Shown one piece after another: positions 1-9,846 of a stretch of 64,000 nt of DNA; positions within the stretch are counted from its first letter, which is position 1; every line of letters starts with the position of its first letter. Below the pieces are notes generated by a model that saw only the letters and a program-made list of their open reading frames with translations, was not told the origin of the DNA and ran no database searches. Origin of the DNA: a virus; IMG/VR virus record IMGVR_UViG_3300032240_002557, positions 1 to 64,000 of that record. The stretch is one strand, 5' to 3'. Position numbers and translations under genes: made by a program.

Positions 1-3000
1 CGTTTGTTATGTTATACTCTTCGCTCTCCTCGTTATGTGGAAGTGAAATTGCAGTAAGAGGAGGATTAAAAGGACTTCCGCTGATATTAAAATCGGAAGG
101 AAGTTTAGAATATCCCCTAACCTTGTAATAAAATTTAGATATTCCAGGATCTTTAGAAGCATTGAGCTGTTCTGCTGCTTCGTAAAGATCTAGATAATTT
201 ACACTAGGATCGGGAGAAGATCTATTACCAAGTACTATTCCTTGGGTATTTTTTCCTACTTTTAATTGATCCCCACTTTGAAGATTATAAAGATTAAATC
301 CACCAAGCCAATCGAAATGATAATCATACATACCCCAGGTTTGACCGTAAAGATTATCCCACTCTAAAAGATCAAACTGATCCCAATCCATTTTTTTAGT
401 TCCATAATATCTTATGTTGTCAACCGGTATTTCTCCGCTGAAAGAATAATCTACGTAATCGCTATATGGATTAACACCCCCGATTAAAACAGCATTTGAA
501 GATTGAGAAATAGAATATCCGTCATAAAGATAAATTTCTCCATTTCCGATAAAATCTAAAGTTGTACCGTTTAAGGTTGCACCTGAATCTAAAGGTGCTT
601 CGAATGTTAATTCAAACCAATCCTGTACCAAAGGTGATGTTACAGTCGTTGATTGAATGTCTTTAATTTTAAACTTAGGTAGCTTATTTGAATTATTTAC
701 TGCTCCTCTGAAATTATTTAATGTTGTAGATAGATCGTTGTAAAATTCAACTCTGGCTAAATTTTTTCCGTTATAGCTGATCTTTAAAGATCCCTCTTTA
801 ACTACTGAAAATTTAGTAGGATCGACGCTTGAATCCAATATTATAGGAAGTGTAAATCCGGTAGAAGTAACATTAAAAATTTTATAAGAACCTGAAAGAT
901 TTCCTGATCCATTATTATGATCATCGAATAATGTTACGTATTCGCCATTAGCTAAATTATGTGGAAGATAGCTAGGATTTATAGTTACCAATACAGGGCC
1001 TTTACCACTAGTTCCGTAAGTGGAAGTAAATGCACTACAAACCATTCTCTTAAGGCCAACTTTTATAGTTGTTTCTGCTTGAGTCTCGGGGAATTTTTTG
1101 AGCACTCTGCATTCTTGACCTTCATTATACTGATTACCATAATTAGAATAATTCAGAACATCCGAAGATGCAGCAGGTTGATATAACGGTCTTTCGACAG
1201 GAAAAACCCAAGAAGCCTGATAGTTGTCCCAATGAGACGTTGAATTCTCCCAGGTATAAACTTCTGCCTCCCTAAATCTAGCAACATTTGTTAATTCTAT
1301 CTCTCTATTCTTAACCTCTATGCTTTCGTTATAGTAAGCTGTACAAATATCATTGAAGCCGTTCCATACTCTGCATTTAACGGAGTATATTCCTGCATAC
1401 GGTAATACTATTGGTAATTTGTAATAGTCGCTTATACGGCCTCTAAATTCGAAATTAAAGGGGATATAATCTTTCTTAGTGACTGTCCATTCTATTTCAT
1501 AGAATCCACCAAATCTAATATTGTCCCAAGAATAATACCCGTCAGAATTGAACGAATAATCGTAATACTCTAGATTAAGATTTTTTTCAAATATATTTAC
1601 AACTTCAACCTCCCAAAGATCTATAACCCCTTCTTTTTTACTCCAAAGTAATTTTAAAACTGCATCACCAGTTGTGATATTATAAGAATTAACCTGGCAA
1701 AGAAATTGATAATCAGGATCTAAAGAAGACGTGAATTTAACCTGTACCTTTCCATTGGATGGATTTAATATATCTAATCCAGCAGGAAGCGTGACATCGA
1801 ATAAATTACCAAAGATAGTTCCTAAATCAAATCTAAGACTAAAAGAAGAAGCCACAAAATTATCACCGGTATAATTTTGTATATCCGAGGTAGATGCAGT
1901 TTGTGTTGGGTATGTCGAAATGTTTCTATCAAGATTTTCCCATCTACTGTTTACTTCGTCCCAAGAAAGATTAAATGATGTTATTTCTAAGACTGTTGGG
2001 AATCCAGCAGGAACTTCGTTCTTCTTCCCATCAACGTGTCTAAAATATCCTCCGTTTTTGGTATCTCCGTCACCCAACTTATAAACACCAACGTTCTGTG
2101 TGTTTCTCTCGACGTAGAATGCTTTAATAGCATCTGCTAATTTTTTGGAATCACTTCCTTTTAGCTGAGGATTAAGAGCACTTGGCATTACTGTATTTCC
2201 GTATGTACTAAACTGAAAAGTAAGGGGATCCGGGCCTACATAAGGAACATAAGGTAATTCGTTAGTTAATCTGTTCTGAAAAGGTCTTAGATCTTCAATA
2301 TACCCATAATTGGGGGTAAACTCAACAGATATGTCTAATCCTTGATTTAGCTCGTCTATCTTTAAATTATCAACCCATCCTCTTGTTTTGTAAATACTAA
2401 AATAAACACCTTCTCCCGTTATATCAATTATTCTAGCATTAAGCGGAAGAAAATCTTTTTTAAGCTTTTCTCTTAATGCAAACAATTTCATCAAAACTTC
2501 TTCAGGCGAAAATACAAAAGCATCTTTAACTATAGGATAATCAAATTCGTCATACGTATCAGGAACTACTTCGTTTATATCATAAAATAAACCAAATAAA
2601 GCAGTTTTTTTATAAGTAGAAGAAGGATAAATCTGTTCTAACTGTGATTTTAATCCATATGTTCCGTCTGCTCTTTTTCCGTAGACTTCGACCTGTTTAT
2701 ACTTTCCAGAATTCTCGTCATCTAAAAGATTTGATATTAAGGTTGTTTGATCTTTTGGAGCAGAATTTAATTTTGAAATAAATTTAGAATTCTCTTTAAT
2801 GGCAGATACCTGTGTATCAGATTTTTTAACATTTAACCAATACTCTTTAATTCTAAGATCATAATAACCAAAAAATCTTATAGCATTGACTAAGCCTTTA
2901 TAAGAACCTAAGTAGGGATATATTTCATGTCCTTCAAGAAGAAGTTCTTTTCTTTTTAGGTTTAAAATCTGTTTATCCGTTAAGGGTTCTTCCGGGTCAC

Positions 3001-4075
3001 TATCTCTAAGAATGAAAGCATCCTCAGAATTTAATCTTCTGCCAAAGTTACTAAGTAGTGTTTGGTATCTTTCATCTTCACCTACTGTTTCGCCGTGAAT
3101 TTCTATTCTAGCTATTATTTTAGGATATCCTAGAGAAAGATCCTCTATAACTAAGGTTCTTCCAAATATTCCTTCCTCTGGAGAGATTAATGCAATATTA
3201 ACATAAATACTAGACGATTCAATATCGTCAGTTACCCTCTGTCCATTTACTATGTTTTCATTAGGATCAAATCCTATTTTAAAATAAGATTTCTCTAGTT
3301 TATTAAGAACCGGATTATCTAGATCAGGATCCTCTATTAATTCGTATTGATAGATGTAGCTAGAAACATCATTTCTTTCCTCAACTGGGTAAACGAAAAT
3401 AGTAGTATCTGGTATTGTTACGTTACAAACCTTGTTTAAATAAATCTTATCGGTTTCAACCTTAATTATTCTACAATCTTTAGGTATACCATCACCCAGT
3501 ATGTGAAGATAATCATTATTTGTTTTTAAAGAAGTTAAATCTGCAGTTGTAGTTATATAATCATTTCCAGCAGTAATAGATCCTTTAAAAGAATTAAAGG
3601 CATCAAAATCTAAAATATTTCTAGTTGTTTCAAAAGAAGATCTCCAAACATTAAAAACTAAAGGAACATTAGAATCATTGTAAGCAGAAGGATTTTCTAA
3701 TTCTATTTTATTGTTTGTAGTATCAATCGAAACTATTTTATTTCCATTAGGAAATTGGGATGTAAATAAACTACTTCCAACGAATTCTAAAAGTGGCGAT
3801 ACGTCTGTCTTTACTATATTAGAACCAGCTACAAATTGTCCATAAATTCCAGATGCAGATGTTGCTGCAGCAGTATCTGGAGTGATGTGTGGATATCCGT
3901 AAACCGTTTCGCCATTGCCATTCTTAAATGTTTCTAAAATAAAAAAGTGCTCTATCTCAAAAAGATCAGTAGAAACTTTAGGAAGCATAAGTCTTGCCTC
4001 CCAAAAATCACCATTCCAGATAAGATTTGTTTGATGTCCTGATTTATTAAAGAATAAAAGATTTTTATAATTCAT
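1..4075 (-). CDS. Large baseplate wedge-like structural protein (gp7-like), runs off the left edge of the window; absent from the ORF track
   Basis: ATG at 4073-4075 overlaps the upstream stop (TAATG). It translates as MNYKNLLFFNKSGHQTNLIWNGDFWEARL..., contains YLGSYKGLVNAIRFFGYYDLRIKEYW and LKKDFLPLNARIIDITGE, and the same frame is still open at position 2 (...LPHNEESEEYNITN). It lies downstream of the gp25/gp6-like genes. Confidence 0.7.
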   Translation of the reverse strand, partial: MNYKNLLFFNKSGHQTNLIWNGDFWEARLMLPKVSTDLFEIEHFFILETFKNGNGETVYGYPHITPDTAAATSASGIYGQFVAGSNIVKTDVSPLLEFVGSSLFTSQFPNGNKIVSIDTTNNKIELENPSAYNDSNVPLVFNVWRSSFETTRNILDFDAFNSFKGSITAGNDYITTTADLTSLKTNNDYLHILGDGIPKDCRIIKVETDKIYLNKVCNVTIPDTTIFVYPVEERNDVSSYIYQYELIEDPDLDNPVLNKLEKSYFKIGFDPNENIVNGQRVTDDIESSSIYVNIALISPEEGIFGRTLVIEDLSLGYPKIIARIEIHGETVGEDERYQTLLSNFGRRLNSEDAFILRDSDPEEPLTDKQILNLKRKELLLEGHEIYPYLGSYKGLVNAIRFFGYYDLRIKEYWLNVKKSDTQVSAIKENSKFISKLNSAPKDQTTLISNLLDDENSGKYKQVEVYGKRADGTYGLKSQLEQIYPSSTYKKTALFGLFYDINEVVPDTYDEFDYPIVKDAFVFSPEEVLMKLFALREKLKKDFLPLNARIIDITGEGVYFSIYKTRGWVDNLKIDELNQGLDISVEFTPNYGYIEDLRPFQNRLTNELPYVPYVGPDPLTFQFSTYGNTVMPSALNPQLKGSDSKKLADAIKAFYVERNTQNVGVYKLGDGDTKNGGYFRHVDGKKNEVPAGFPTVLEITSFNLSWDEVNSRWENLDRNISTYPTQTASTSDIQNYTGDNFVASSFSLRFDLGTIFGNLFDVTLPAGLDILNPSNGKVQVKFTSSLDPDYQFLCQVNSYNITTGDAVLKLLWSKKEGVIDLWEVEVVNIFEKNLNLEYYDYSFNSDGYYSWDNIRFGGFYEIEWTVTKKDYIPFNFEFRGRISDYYKLPIVLPYAGIYSVKCRVWNGFNDICTAYYNESIEVKNREIELTNVARFREAEVYTWENSTSHWDNYQASWVFPVERPLYQPAASSDVLNYSNYGNQYNEGQECRVLKKFPETQAETTIKVGLKRMVCSAFTSTYGTSGKGPVLVTINPSYLPHNLANGEYVTLFDDHNNGSGNLSGSYKIFNVTSTGFTLPIILDSSVDPTKFSVVKEGSLKISYNGKNLARVEFYNDLSTTLNNFRGAVNNSNKLPKFKIKDIQSTTVTSPLVQDWFELTFEAPLDSGATLNGTTLDFIGNGEIYLYDGYSISQSSNAVLIGGVNPYSDYVDYSFSGEIPVDNIRYYGTKKMDWDQFDLLEWDNLYGQTWGMYDYHFDWLGGFNLYNLQSGDQLKVGKNTQGIVLGNRSSPDPSVNYLDLYEAAEQLNASKDPGISKFYYKVRGYSKLPSDFNISGSPFNPPLTAISLPHNEESEEYNITN

Positions 4076-4329
4076 TATCTAACATACTTATTATTCTTAG
4101 GAACTCTGTAATTAACAAAATTCTTAATCCATTTGGTAGATTCTATCATTCTAAAAACTACCTTCTCTATAGATGCAAGTATACTAGTTCTATTAGTGTC
4201 TCCAGCTAAAGTTATACTAGATAGTGTTTTATTAAATATTTGACCCTCGTAATCAAAACCAACGTTTGTTCTATTATCGTTTGTTGATTCAATATAATCA
4301 TGATAACTTTTTCTTTCAGTAGTAAACAT
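4075..4329 (-). CDS. Small hypothetical protein in baseplate operon
   Basis: 84 aa, tightly packed and translationally coupled between baseplate genes. Confidence 0.6.
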   Translation of the reverse strand: MFTTERKSYHDYIESTNDNRTNVGFDYEGQIFNKTLSSITLAGDTNRTSILASIEKVVFRMIESTKWIKNFVNYRVPKNNKYVR

Positions 4330-4333
4330 CGTA

Positions 4334-6058
4334 TTAATTAGTTGTATTAATTATAGCCTTTTTGCTCTTCATATTAATTTCAGTATTGTACGTAATAGGA
4401 ATCGTTTTTCTGATATCAATATTAACAGAAGAAAGTTTATTTAAATCCGCTCCTCTGTCATAGTACAAACCAGCTCTATCATTCCATCCGCCGCCAATAA
4501 TAACTATTTCATCTTTATCAAAAATAATATCACCAAATTCATCTAAACCTAAAACTATAGATTTTTTAGGATCTGTATCAGGAAGCGTTTCTACGCTCTT
4601 AGCATAGATCTCATTCTTTTCTGAGATGAAGAATACAGTAACGGAATCAACGCCAGAAATAGACTCTACAATAGCAATTAAATCAGATCTAGGTATTCTA
4701 TCTCTTCTTCTGATGCTTAAGAAATAAGAACTTAAAGAATCAACAATTTGTCCTTTGACAGTATCGGGATCATATCCTTCAAAGATACTAATTAAAACAT
4801 TAACAACGTACCTAGATATTGTAGGATCTATAATCTTAACTTCTGTCGTAACTATCTTTTGCCCGCTTTCTTCCACAACTTGTAAAAGTCTAGTTTTTTC
4901 TGTATCGCTAAGAATGAACGATGTTTCTTTTATATCAAAATACGTCTCACTAGTCTTAAGCGTTTTATTAATATCCGGAACTAATAAAACATATATTATA
5001 TTATCATCGTCCAAATACTGATCATCAAAAGTTGAAAATGCTTCTATAATAGAAAAAGTACCAAACTTCTCAAAGAACGTTATGTAATTTTCAGCATTAG
5101 CAAGAACATATGATCTTGATGTTTTGGGTGCAAGTATTCTGGTTAATTCGATAGATTCTTTATCGGTACCTAACTGAGGAGCTGTAATACAACTTATTTT
5201 AAGAAATTCGTTTAAGGACACACTATTCCCAAAAGAATCAGTAGCTTGATCGTTAAATTCAAATGTTATCTTGTTTGGTTCAATTGCATTTATATTTCCA
5301 TTTGATCCAACAGTCTCTAAATATTGAACTTGTATAGTAGATCCTAAAGCTGGTGTTTTTCCAAAATTTACCGTTCCAAAAATAACATCAATACCGTTGG
5401 ATATTCCGGTTTTAACTAAGCATCCTTTGTAATCGTATGGAATATCATAAAGTGAATCATAAACCTTCCATTCCTCACTATCAACAAATACTTTAACCTC
5501 AAAATTATCAATTGCTGAAGTTACTCTATCTGATATGTTATAGCTTTGTAAAAGATTACCATTACCTGTGAAAGAAGATGTTTTTATTGTCCCTTCCATA
5601 ATCTCACATGTAACATAAGAAGAATTATTTAAATTAATTCTCGTATAATCTTGCTTGGTGTTTAGAACATAATTTGTACCCCCATTAGAAAACATCAATT
5701 TAGCATATTTAGGAATTAGAATAGCTGATCCCCCAACTGAGGAAGAATCTGTTCCGTTCCATGTTATTTTAACTTGACCTCTAGCAGCAGTACTTCTTGA
5801 AGCATTATGACCGGTTAGTGCTGCTAATCCATAAACAGAGCTTTCTCTGGTTGCACTTTGTATGTTTAATTCAGTAATTGAATCCTCTATAAAGAATAGA
5901 ATTAATTGGCTTAAGTTTTGAAGAACAAACAGAATCTGTCCCCATGCTGATGCAACTGTAAAAAGTTGATTAGCCTGGTTATATCTTTTTTGTATGAGCT
6001 CAAGAGTGTCCTGCAATAGGTCCTGTATCTTAGCCCGATTTTTTTTAAATAAATCCAT
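4334..6058 (-). CDS. gp6: Baseplate wedge subunit (T4 gp6 / baseplate J-like)
   Basis: Motifs ELNIQSATRESSVYGLAALTGH, VIFGTVNFGKTP, YLETVGSNGN, GTDKESIELTRILAP; follows the gp25-like gene. Confidence 0.8.
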   Translation of the reverse strand: MDLFKKNRAKIQDLLQDTLELIQKRYNQANQLFTVASAWGQILFVLQNLSQLILFFIEDSITELNIQSATRESSVYGLAALTGHNASRSTAARGQVKITWNGTDSSSVGGSAILIPKYAKLMFSNGGTNYVLNTKQDYTRINLNNSSYVTCEIMEGTIKTSSFTGNGNLLQSYNISDRVTSAIDNFEVKVFVDSEEWKVYDSLYDIPYDYKGCLVKTGISNGIDVIFGTVNFGKTPALGSTIQVQYLETVGSNGNINAIEPNKITFEFNDQATDSFGNSVSLNEFLKISCITAPQLGTDKESIELTRILAPKTSRSYVLANAENYITFFEKFGTFSIIEAFSTFDDQYLDDDNIIYVLLVPDINKTLKTSETYFDIKETSFILSDTEKTRLLQVVEESGQKIVTTEVKIIDPTISRYVVNVLISIFEGYDPDTVKGQIVDSLSSYFLSIRRRDRIPRSDLIAIVESISGVDSVTVFFISEKNEIYAKSVETLPDTDPKKSIVLGLDEFGDIIFDKDEIVIIGGGWNDRAGLYYDRGADLNKLSSVNIDIRKTIPITYNTEINMKSKKAIINTTN

Positions 6059-6061
6059 GTT

Positions 6062-6433
6062 TTAAATTACCTTTATTCCTAATATTGGGTCACCCTTAAT
6101 AGCAAATTCAATCACGCAACTATCTCTAGTTTCCCCTTTAAAAAATCCAAGTTGAAAGTCTACAGCCAGTATTCCCCTAGCAAATGGACAATAAGTATAT
6201 AATTGTAGATTTATTGCCTCCTGTAGTTCCCCCTGAGACACCTCAAAATCGAATATAAGAGATTCTAGGTCTATTCCAAAGAAAGGATCCCCAAGAACAG
6301 TTCCTGGCTTAGTAAGCATAATTTGCTTAATCATGCCTATAGCAGACTCCACAATATCATCTGTTTCTAGCTTATCCGCTTCGTAAAGTGGATCATCAGG
6401 ATTTCTAGGATATATGTCAACTATTTTGATCAT
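6062..6433 (-). CDS. gp25: Baseplate wedge / sheath initiator (gp25-like)
   Basis: IKQIMLTKPGTVLGDPFFGIDLESLIFD matches the gp25/GPW pattern; 123 aa. Confidence 0.8.
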   Translation of the reverse strand: MIKIVDIYPRNPDDPLYEADKLETDDIVESAIGMIKQIMLTKPGTVLGDPFFGIDLESLIFDFEVSQGELQEAINLQLYTYCPFARGILAVDFQLGFFKGETRDSCVIEFAIKGDPILGIKVI

Positions 6434-6438
6434 TATCC

Positions 6439-6448
6439 CTATATATTT
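6439..6448 (-). promoter_or_regulatory. Candidate late promoter variant AAATATATAG
   Basis: Upstream of the gp25-like gene. Confidence 0.45.
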
Positions 6449-6480
6449 GAAAAAATAAGAGGAAGGTAATTAAAAGGGGA

Positions 6481-7254
6481 TTAATTCCACTGTAAGAAAT
6501 AACTAGGTGTATTTTCAGATTTAATCATATCCATAACCTCGGTTCTCTCTGCTTGTCCAATTGATTGGATAGCAGCAGCATTGATAGTAACGCCTCCTGG
6601 TAATTGATAACCAAATGTCCCTAAAAGTCTTCCTATATTGATCTTAGCTTCTGCTAAAACATATCTAACGAACAGTTCATCGGAATAAAGGTTCTCATCA
6701 GGGATAGCAACGCAAACTCTTAACCCAACATCCACACCACCAACTGTTAATCCTGCTGCTGTTGTTCTATTTGGGTCTCTGCCTAAGATGGTTAATCTTT
6801 TAGTGTTTTTATTGAAATTAAAAGCAAAAGTAGTTAAAAGAAATGCCTTAGCTAAATCAAAGAATGAGTATAGGACTGTTCTATAAACAAGGTTGTCACC
6901 AACAAAAGGGCTAAGCATAAGTTCAGACCCTAAAAGTTTACTGTCTCCAAAGTCTTTATCGGGAGTACCTGTTAAACCAGCTCCACCAACTTCTCTAACA
7001 TCATAAACACTTATGATACAATCTGGTAGTTGAACTTGTCTGGTTTGAAGAAATGCAGGATGTGAAAAAAGTTGAGCACCTAAAATCATAATTCGATCCT
7101 CAACAGCATATTGATAATTATCATAAAAATAAGCTTTAGCTCTTTTTATTATCCTTTTTATTTCTTGATCGTTTAAGGCATACGGTAAAGCACAGGAATG
7201 AGAAATATCATCTTTAACTTCTTGTATTAGAGCTTCTTCTGTTGTAGTTGCCAT
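6481..7254 (-). CDS. gp13: Neck / head-tail adaptor protein (gp13-like)
   Basis: C-terminal QLPGGVTINAAAI motif typical of T4-type gp13. Confidence 0.75.
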   Translation of the reverse strand: MATTTEEALIQEVKDDISHSCALPYALNDQEIKRIIKRAKAYFYDNYQYAVEDRIMILGAQLFSHPAFLQTRQVQLPDCIISVYDVREVGGAGLTGTPDKDFGDSKLLGSELMLSPFVGDNLVYRTVLYSFFDLAKAFLLTTFAFNFNKNTKRLTILGRDPNRTTAAGLTVGGVDVGLRVCVAIPDENLYSDELFVRYVLAEAKINIGRLLGTFGYQLPGGVTINAAAIQSIGQAERTEVMDMIKSENTPSYFLQWN

Positions 7255-7256
7255 CT

Positions 7257-8714
7257 TTAATTTTTATTTTTAAAAAGCTTATTAACTAAGAATGATGGTT
7301 TAGAATTATTTAAATCATCAAACCCGGTTAATGCTCCTTTAGAATCGTTATAGTTCCTATCAGCGAATATGTTGCCTCTAAGCATTTTTTCTCCTTTACC
7401 TTTTCCTTTACTTTTTCCATCAGCAGCATTGGATATTATCTCTGTAGTATCTGAAATATAAGCAAGAGAGGTGATATATCCAGATCTAATAACGCCACCA
7501 GTAACTTCACAGCTTATTTCTTTGTCCCTAGAATCTATGTACGAATTTATGACTGTATTACTTGGACCAAGTGTACAGTCTATGATTTTAGAGTCTTTAA
7601 TATTATTATGCATAACGGCCTCGCAATCTTCAAATTGGCAATTTTTAAATTGGCTACCAAATAATCTGCAATTAGCTATATTACCTTCTATTTCACATTC
7701 TATTAGATCTAAATCTTTTAGCATGCTTGCAACCTGGGTCTTACCGTCTTTTAATTGGTATCTAGAAATCTGGGTATCGTAATTCAAGAATCCTTCAGTT
7801 ATACCATTTTCAACTATTAAAGAATACAGCAAATGCCTCATCTCGTTGAAGTATGTTTTAATTATTTGAAGATCTTCCCTTAAATCAACAGTAACGTGCA
7901 AATCTTTATAGTTCATCATAAATGATTCTGCATCAATAAATGTCTCAGTCTCTTTGTAGATCTTTGAAATTAATTCGCTCAGTATTTCTGTTTCTTTTTG
8001 ATTTAAAGTATCGTTATCTAAAATGGAGGAGAAAGTATGTGTTATGACATAATCTATAACTTCTTTTATCTCAGTGTACTTCTTTTGATAATCCGTACCA
8101 CCCATGTATCTAACCTCCATGTATCCATCTTCAAGCTTTGTTAGATTAATGCCCATGTTTTTTTCTGTATAAACAGTATAGGCATTTCTATCCCCAAGAA
8201 TATTTCTATTTCTACGAATGAATTTATTTGCTGGAATAATTCTCTTAATAGATTTTGCATATAAAGATCCCCTTCTTTCTGGGAATCTTTTCCAAATATA
8301 TTCTTCGTCAAATCCTAAAACGAATTTCAAAGGATTTAAATTGCCAAACTCAATAAGTGTTGGATATTTGTTTCTATCAAAACTTAAACCAAATTGAAGA
8401 GCGCATCTTTCACTAGTGTATCCATTATCGTCTATCCATTTAAGGATTCTGATTAAAACCGGAATGGCCTCAAAATAATCCATCGGACCAGTTATAAGCT
8501 CGACCATCTTAAGTCCGCCTGAAAAATCTGGTTCTAACTTAAAAATATCACGAGTTGGGGAAAATTTAGAGTGGTATTTTCTAAAGACTTTTACCTGTTT
8601 CCCTAAATCTTCCCCAATTTTTTCAGCTATCTCATCTCTAGAAAAGGATGACATAAACTCGAATTCAAATCCGATTTTAGCTGCGTAATAAAAATTTTGA
8701 TCAAGTATTTTCAA
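7257..8714 (-). CDS. Putative amidoligase (COOH-NH2 ligase, glutamine-synthetase-like fold) with C-terminal beta-helix-like repeats
   Basis: KIGFEFEF, LEPDFSGG, VELITGP and YMEVRYMGG motifs; the usual HxH motif appears as CALQFGLS; Cys/Ile/Asn-periodic C-terminal region. Confidence 0.65.
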   Translation of the reverse strand: MKILDQNFYYAAKIGFEFEFMSSFSRDEIAEKIGEDLGKQVKVFRKYHSKFSPTRDIFKLEPDFSGGLKMVELITGPMDYFEAIPVLIRILKWIDDNGYTSERCALQFGLSFDRNKYPTLIEFGNLNPLKFVLGFDEEYIWKRFPERRGSLYAKSIKRIIPANKFIRRNRNILGDRNAYTVYTEKNMGINLTKLEDGYMEVRYMGGTDYQKKYTEIKEVIDYVITHTFSSILDNDTLNQKETEILSELISKIYKETETFIDAESFMMNYKDLHVTVDLREDLQIIKTYFNEMRHLLYSLIVENGITEGFLNYDTQISRYQLKDGKTQVASMLKDLDLIECEIEGNIANCRLFGSQFKNCQFEDCEAVMHNNIKDSKIIDCTLGPSNTVINSYIDSRDKEISCEVTGGVIRSGYITSLAYISDTTEIISNAADGKSKGKGKGEKMLRGNIFADRNYNDSKGALTGFDDLNNSKPSFLVNKLFKNKN

Positions 8715-9825
8715 TTTTTTGCTTTAAATAGAGTTTAGAACTCTGTAGCTCGACGTCCAAGACTGTGCAATCTAGTTCTTCACCGACTTCATAATCTTTT
8801 GGATTCTTAGCTAAATAGTCCCTTTCGACCAGTCCTGTGATGTTATTCTCGAGTTTTACGAAGACTCCAAAATTCTTCACTTTAGTGACTGACCCTCTAT
8901 ATATTTTATTTTCTCTATCTTCCGATAAAGATACGTCCCTAAGTTCTTGTAAATCCTTATCTTTTCCTTCCGGCGGGTTTAATTTCAAAACTATTCTACT
9001 AGGATTTCTGAAATCAGAAACAAAGAATGAGATAGATTGACCCGGATTTAAATCCATTTTGATACCAGCATTCTGGAATTCTTCTGCCGGGATTAATCCA
9101 GTATAGTACTCGTCCCACTCAACAAATACACCAGCAGGTGAAGTACCTGTAGCAGTACCTGTATATTTTTGGGTCAATGATAATTCTTCAACCTTAGCAT
9201 TAATAACGTTCTTAAGGTATTTCTTAAAGGAAACAACAAAAATGTCTCTCTTTTCATCATACGTCTCAATCATTACATTCAAAGTTTTGCCTACAAAAGA
9301 AGAAAAATCTATAATTCTATTAGCAGCTGCCAATGATCCAGGAAGGAAACATTTAATACCGGAAAGATTCACCATAAATCCGCCAGGACATGTTGAATCA
9401 ATTCTAACAGTATATGCACTGTTTTCGTCTTTGATTGCTTTAAGAAGTTCGGTTTTTAATGAATTCTCATAGCCGGAAGCTAACGATCCATTATAAGATC
9501 CGCTCTTATCTTTAAAAATAACAACATCTAAATTATATCCCTCAACTACTTCTAATTCAGGAAATCCTAATCTTTTAATTGCTTTCTTTTCTTTTGTTAA
9601 ATCAATAGCAACAGATTGACCTAATGATGTTTCTCCGATTGCTTGATCTCCTCTAATTTGCGTAATAGTGACGTTTAGCACCTGATTCTCTTCTAATTCT
9701 TTGGAAGAAAATCTTGACATATCTTCTCCAAAGTTTTTGGTAAAGTTTCCTTCGTAGAGGTTATCCATGAAGGCTCTTTCCTCAGGAGAGTATACGTCTC
9801 TTGTGTACTGTCTTTGCCTAGCCAT
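8701..9825 (-). CDS. rpsA: Ribosomal protein S1 homologue (about four S1/OB domains)
   Basis: GGFMVNLSGIKCFLPGS, GTSPAGVFVEW and GSVTKVKNFGVFVKLENNITGLV are S1-domain signatures in bS1 order. Confidence 0.8.
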   Translation of the reverse strand: MARQRQYTRDVYSPEERAFMDNLYEGNFTKNFGEDMSRFSSKELEENQVLNVTITQIRGDQAIGETSLGQSVAIDLTKEKKAIKRLGFPELEVVEGYNLDVVIFKDKSGSYNGSLASGYENSLKTELLKAIKDENSAYTVRIDSTCPGGFMVNLSGIKCFLPGSLAAANRIIDFSSFVGKTLNVMIETYDEKRDIFVVSFKKYLKNVINAKVEELSLTQKYTGTATGTSPAGVFVEWDEYYTGLIPAEEFQNAGIKMDLNPGQSISFFVSDFRNPSRIVLKLNPPEGKDKDLQELRDVSLSEDRENKIYRGSVTKVKNFGVFVKLENNITGLVERDYLAKNPKDYEVGEELDCTVLDVELQSSKLYLKQKIENT

Positions 9826-9846
9826 TTTTTTTTTGTTTTTTGTTGG

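Noticed and set aside
959-1186. 75-aa plus-strand ORF
   Set aside because: Antisense to the long baseplate ORF, with no supporting signals.
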